The notes under the pieces are model-generated. The model was given only the letters and a program-made list of their open reading frames with translations. It searched no databases and was not told the DNA's origin. DNA of 64,000 nucleotides from Alloascoidea hylecoeti (Eukaryota), in contig BCKZ01000004.1 of assembly GCA_001600815.1 (NCBI GenBank), positions 1,329,566 to 1,393,565 of the forward strand, in the 5' to 3' direction. Below are positions 60,945 through 64,000 of the stretch, in pieces. The position numbers and the translations under genes were made by a program. Within the stretch, counting starts at the first letter, position 1. Each line of letters begins with the position of its first letter.

Positions 60945-62357
60945 TTAATCTTTTTAATCTTAAAACCCCCGCTATTGCCTCTTCTAGCAGAACAGTGTTT
61001 TCTTCTAAATTTAATCGCCTTTATTTATAATTTTACACGTGGCGCTATTTAAAACAAAAAGCGTTGTTGAACCTTCAACGTTATTAAAAATTTGATAAAT
61101 TTGTTGGTCTAGGAAGTTGTTGTGTGCCCGGGTCTTAAAAATATTCTCTTGTGTATAAATTTTCATGATCATTTGTTGGCCAAGGGTGCAGTAATATTTT
61201 CATAATTATAGAATTTATAGGCCAAATTTATCTTCAATACATTCACATATGCATATATTTGATTATTATTGACAGCTGCTTAGAATTATCTTCATCGGAA
61301 GTTCATCCCCATGACCATTGTATTCAATGTATTGTGAAAAAGTTAAATAAACCTTACAAATTTAGTGTGAACTAGCTGGGGAAAACAATTATAATCTAGT
61401 TAATTAATGTCTTGCTCTATAAGCTTAGAAAAGTTGAACTTTGAAATGTTCACTTTTCCGCCAAACACATGAACATTAAATGATCCTGTTATTATTATTA
61501 ATATTTGTCTCACTTGCCTAACCGTATCGGGACTATATAATATTTTTTGTTACATAAACTATAATTAATTAGATTTCGTAAGAATTCAAAACAAATTGAT
61601 CCCAAATTAAATACCAATTGCAATATAAATATCAATTATTAAGATTTCTTTGAGTATAAACTGAACTTCTATAAATACAGATACATTCGTAAACGGTTAG
61701 TTAAATGTTTATCCAAATACATAAGCTTGAAATATTGATGTATAGAAGAAGTTGCTCGATAATTATCTATAGAATTTCATATGTATTCCCCGCGTTATTA
61801 ATAGCTATTAGCCTTGGCCTATCACTCTCCATATTTTCATTGGTTTAAAAATTAAACAATTAAACAATTAAACAATAAAATATTGAAAATTGTTTAAATT
61901 TATGTTATTGTAAATTTCTCGTGAGTGTTTACTATAGCAAATCGGATGTTGACACACCGTTGGTTTGAAATCCGTGCTTACCGCGGGGAAAACATAGTCA
62001 TTTATAATTGCATAAATATTCTTGTTTTATTATTATGTAAGGCTTATAATGTTTTCATAGTGAAAAATAAAGTAAAGTGTTACAGTTTTTAATTATTTTC
62101 GATCTAGAGTCCTCGAAAATTACTTCATTTTTGTTGGGTGGCTATTGGCTGGCTACAGAGCCTACGCAACACTTTAAATTTTAGTTATGAATATTTAGTA
62201 TTATAATATTAATTGAACAATTGTTGACCGAGTAAATTAACGGTCGGGTCTAAATATTATAATTATAATAATAGGCTATCATGAAAAACTTCCATCCTAG
62301 ATTTCTCTATTATGTCCGGTTACCCTAATTCTTGTGTTATTATTTTATTACGACCAG

Positions 62358-62481
62358 CTTTATAACTTTATCACAATTCCAAACTATTTGATAATTTTGA
62401 TCAAATGCATAAACAACTTCTTGATATCTAAAGTGTCGATAATTTGGTCAAATAGTTTGTAATGGTGATAAAGTTATAAAG
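62358..62481. repeat. Inverted repeat, 34-bp arms (2 mismatches), 56-bp spacer
   Basis: CTTTATAACTTTATCACAATTCCAAACTATTTGA (62358-62391) versus TCAAATAGTTTGTAATGGTGATAAAGTTATAAAG (62448-62481). Confidence 0.9.
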
Positions 62482-63254
62482 AAGTGTTACGAGGAGATTT
62501 ATCACCATGGGCAAGGGTGGACAGACTGTGAACACACGAGCGCTCTATATAAATAGTGGGAAGACAAGATATGGAGTCTGGACTTTGGACAGTGGACTAA
62601 CCTAAACTAAATAGGAATATATATATATAACTGAGAACAAAGCGTATAAATTAGATATAGCACTAAAATCTCTCACTCTAATATACCTATGAGCTGTGTG
62701 AGCTCGAGTGGTTGTAGTATCATATTATGTAATACAGTCGTGCTCAAGTTGTGGGTTGAAAAATATCAGTAAACAAATTGGGCCAGAGCAATTAGACCAA
62801 TCTTAACAATAAATATTGGAATGATAGAGAAAATAATTGTTTGTGGGTTTGTCAAAGTTCTACACATACTGTGTGGGTTTAACGAGAAATATACATATGG
62901 TCCATTTTCTTGATGCTCAAAATATTTATCGTTCGAATCGGTTCAATTGTTCTTCGTAATATTGTTCCATTTGCTTAGTGAAAGTGGATTCAAGATTTAT
63001 ATCATTTATATTTGGCAAAATTACCGGCCAATATTCGCACATATTGGAAACCTTAATTGACAAACTATAATATAATGCATTTGGCACATTTCGGAAAACC
63101 TCGGACTTAGAATGATCCGATCCAGGTAGAATGGCGGAAAGGCAAAGATAAAATAAGCTAACACCATTTGATAATCCTAATGCAATTAATATTATAACAC
63201 TAATTTTCCTCTTTCTTCTTTTTTATCCTCCTCTTTTATAATATACAATTAAAA

Positions 63255-64000
63255 ATGTCGAGTATTGATTCAGTTCTTTTAGTAGGTGGTTGTGGTTTCT
63301 TAGGTTTACATTTGATTCAAAAATATTATGATATTTCTCCAAGGCCACAAATTTCAGTTTTTGATATTCGAGGTTTACCTGAAAAATTACCAAATTTATT
63401 TACATTCAGCCGTGATGAAATCAAAGTAATTATTGGTGATTTAACATCTTCTGAAGATGTTGAAAAAGCTATATTGGAAACAAATCCAACTGTTATTGTT
63501 CATTCTGCGTCCCCGGTTCATGGATTGCCTCAAGAAGTTTATGAAAAAGTAAATGTTACAGGTACAGAAGTATTATTAAAATCAGCTAAAAAATTGGGAG
63601 TTAAAGCTATTGTCTATACATCATCTGCTGGTGTTGTATTTAATGGACAAGATGCTCATAATGTTGATGAAACGTGGCCGATCCCTGATGAACCAATGGA
63701 TGGGTATAATGAAACAAAAGCAATTGCAGAAGAAATGGTTCTAAAAGCAAATTCTTTTGGTGATGATTTCTTAACTGTTGCTATACGTCCGGCAGGAATT
63801 TTTGGTCCTGGTGATCGTCAATTAATCCCCGGACTTAGAGATGTAGCAAGACTCGGACAATCGAAATTCCAAATTGGTGATAATAATAATCTATTTGATT
63901 GGACATATGCTGGTAATGTAGCAGATGCTCATGTTTTAGCTACTTATAAACTTCTTGATGAAGAAGCTTATAAACAAGTTGGTGGTCAAGCATTCTTCGT
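63255..64000 (+). CDS. ERG26: Sterol-4-alpha-carboxylate 3-dehydrogenase, 3'-truncated by the window end
   Basis: MSSIDSVLLVGGCGFLGLHLI, VIVHSASPVHG, YTSSAGVVFNG, YNETKA, RPAGIFGPGDRQ and NNLFDWTYAGNVADAH. Confidence 0.95.
   Translation, partial: MSSIDSVLLVGGCGFLGLHLIQKYYDISPRPQISVFDIRGLPEKLPNLFTFSRDEIKVIIGDLTSSEDVEKAILETNPTVIVHSASPVHGLPQEVYEKVNVTGTEVLLKSAKKLGVKAIVYTSSAGVVFNGQDAHNVDETWPIPDEPMDGYNETKAIAEEMVLKANSFGDDFLTVAIRPAGIFGPGDRQLIPGLRDVARLGQSKFQIGDNNNLFDWTYAGNVADAHVLATYKLLDEEAYKQVGGQAFF

Noticed and set aside
62458..62736. Solo LTR call
   Set aside because: TG...CA ends are possible, but there is no target-site duplication or second copy; kept only as a finding.
1..64000. CRISPR array or prokaryotic operons
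   Set aside because: Eukaryotic intron-containing DNA with no repeat-spacer array.

Overview
AT-rich, intron-containing budding-yeast (Saccharomycotina-like) nuclear DNA; CTG sits at conserved Leu positions of Pob3, suggesting the standard code. Recognisable genes: an F-box protein, POB3, a PPR protein, a cytochrome b5-acyl-CoA dehydrogenase fusion, TAF12, MIH1/Cdc25, a Zn2Cys6 factor, a DHA2 MFS transporter, an F-box/WD40 protein, a haspin kinase, CKB1, STF2/TMA10, TFG2, a GH5 glucanase, citrate synthase and a partial ERG26. There are three tRNA genes, a rearranged Ty3/gypsy element spanning an assembly gap between two divergent tRNA genes, and several ordinary pseudogenes. The main unexpected signal: many intergenic regions translate, through stops and frameshifts, into peptides that match consecutive motifs of the totivirus (L-A-type) Gag capsid protein. 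I count about 9 separate decayed copies on both strands, with no recognisable RdRp. These matches were made by eye against my recollection of ScV-L-A Gag and need profile-HMM confirmation.
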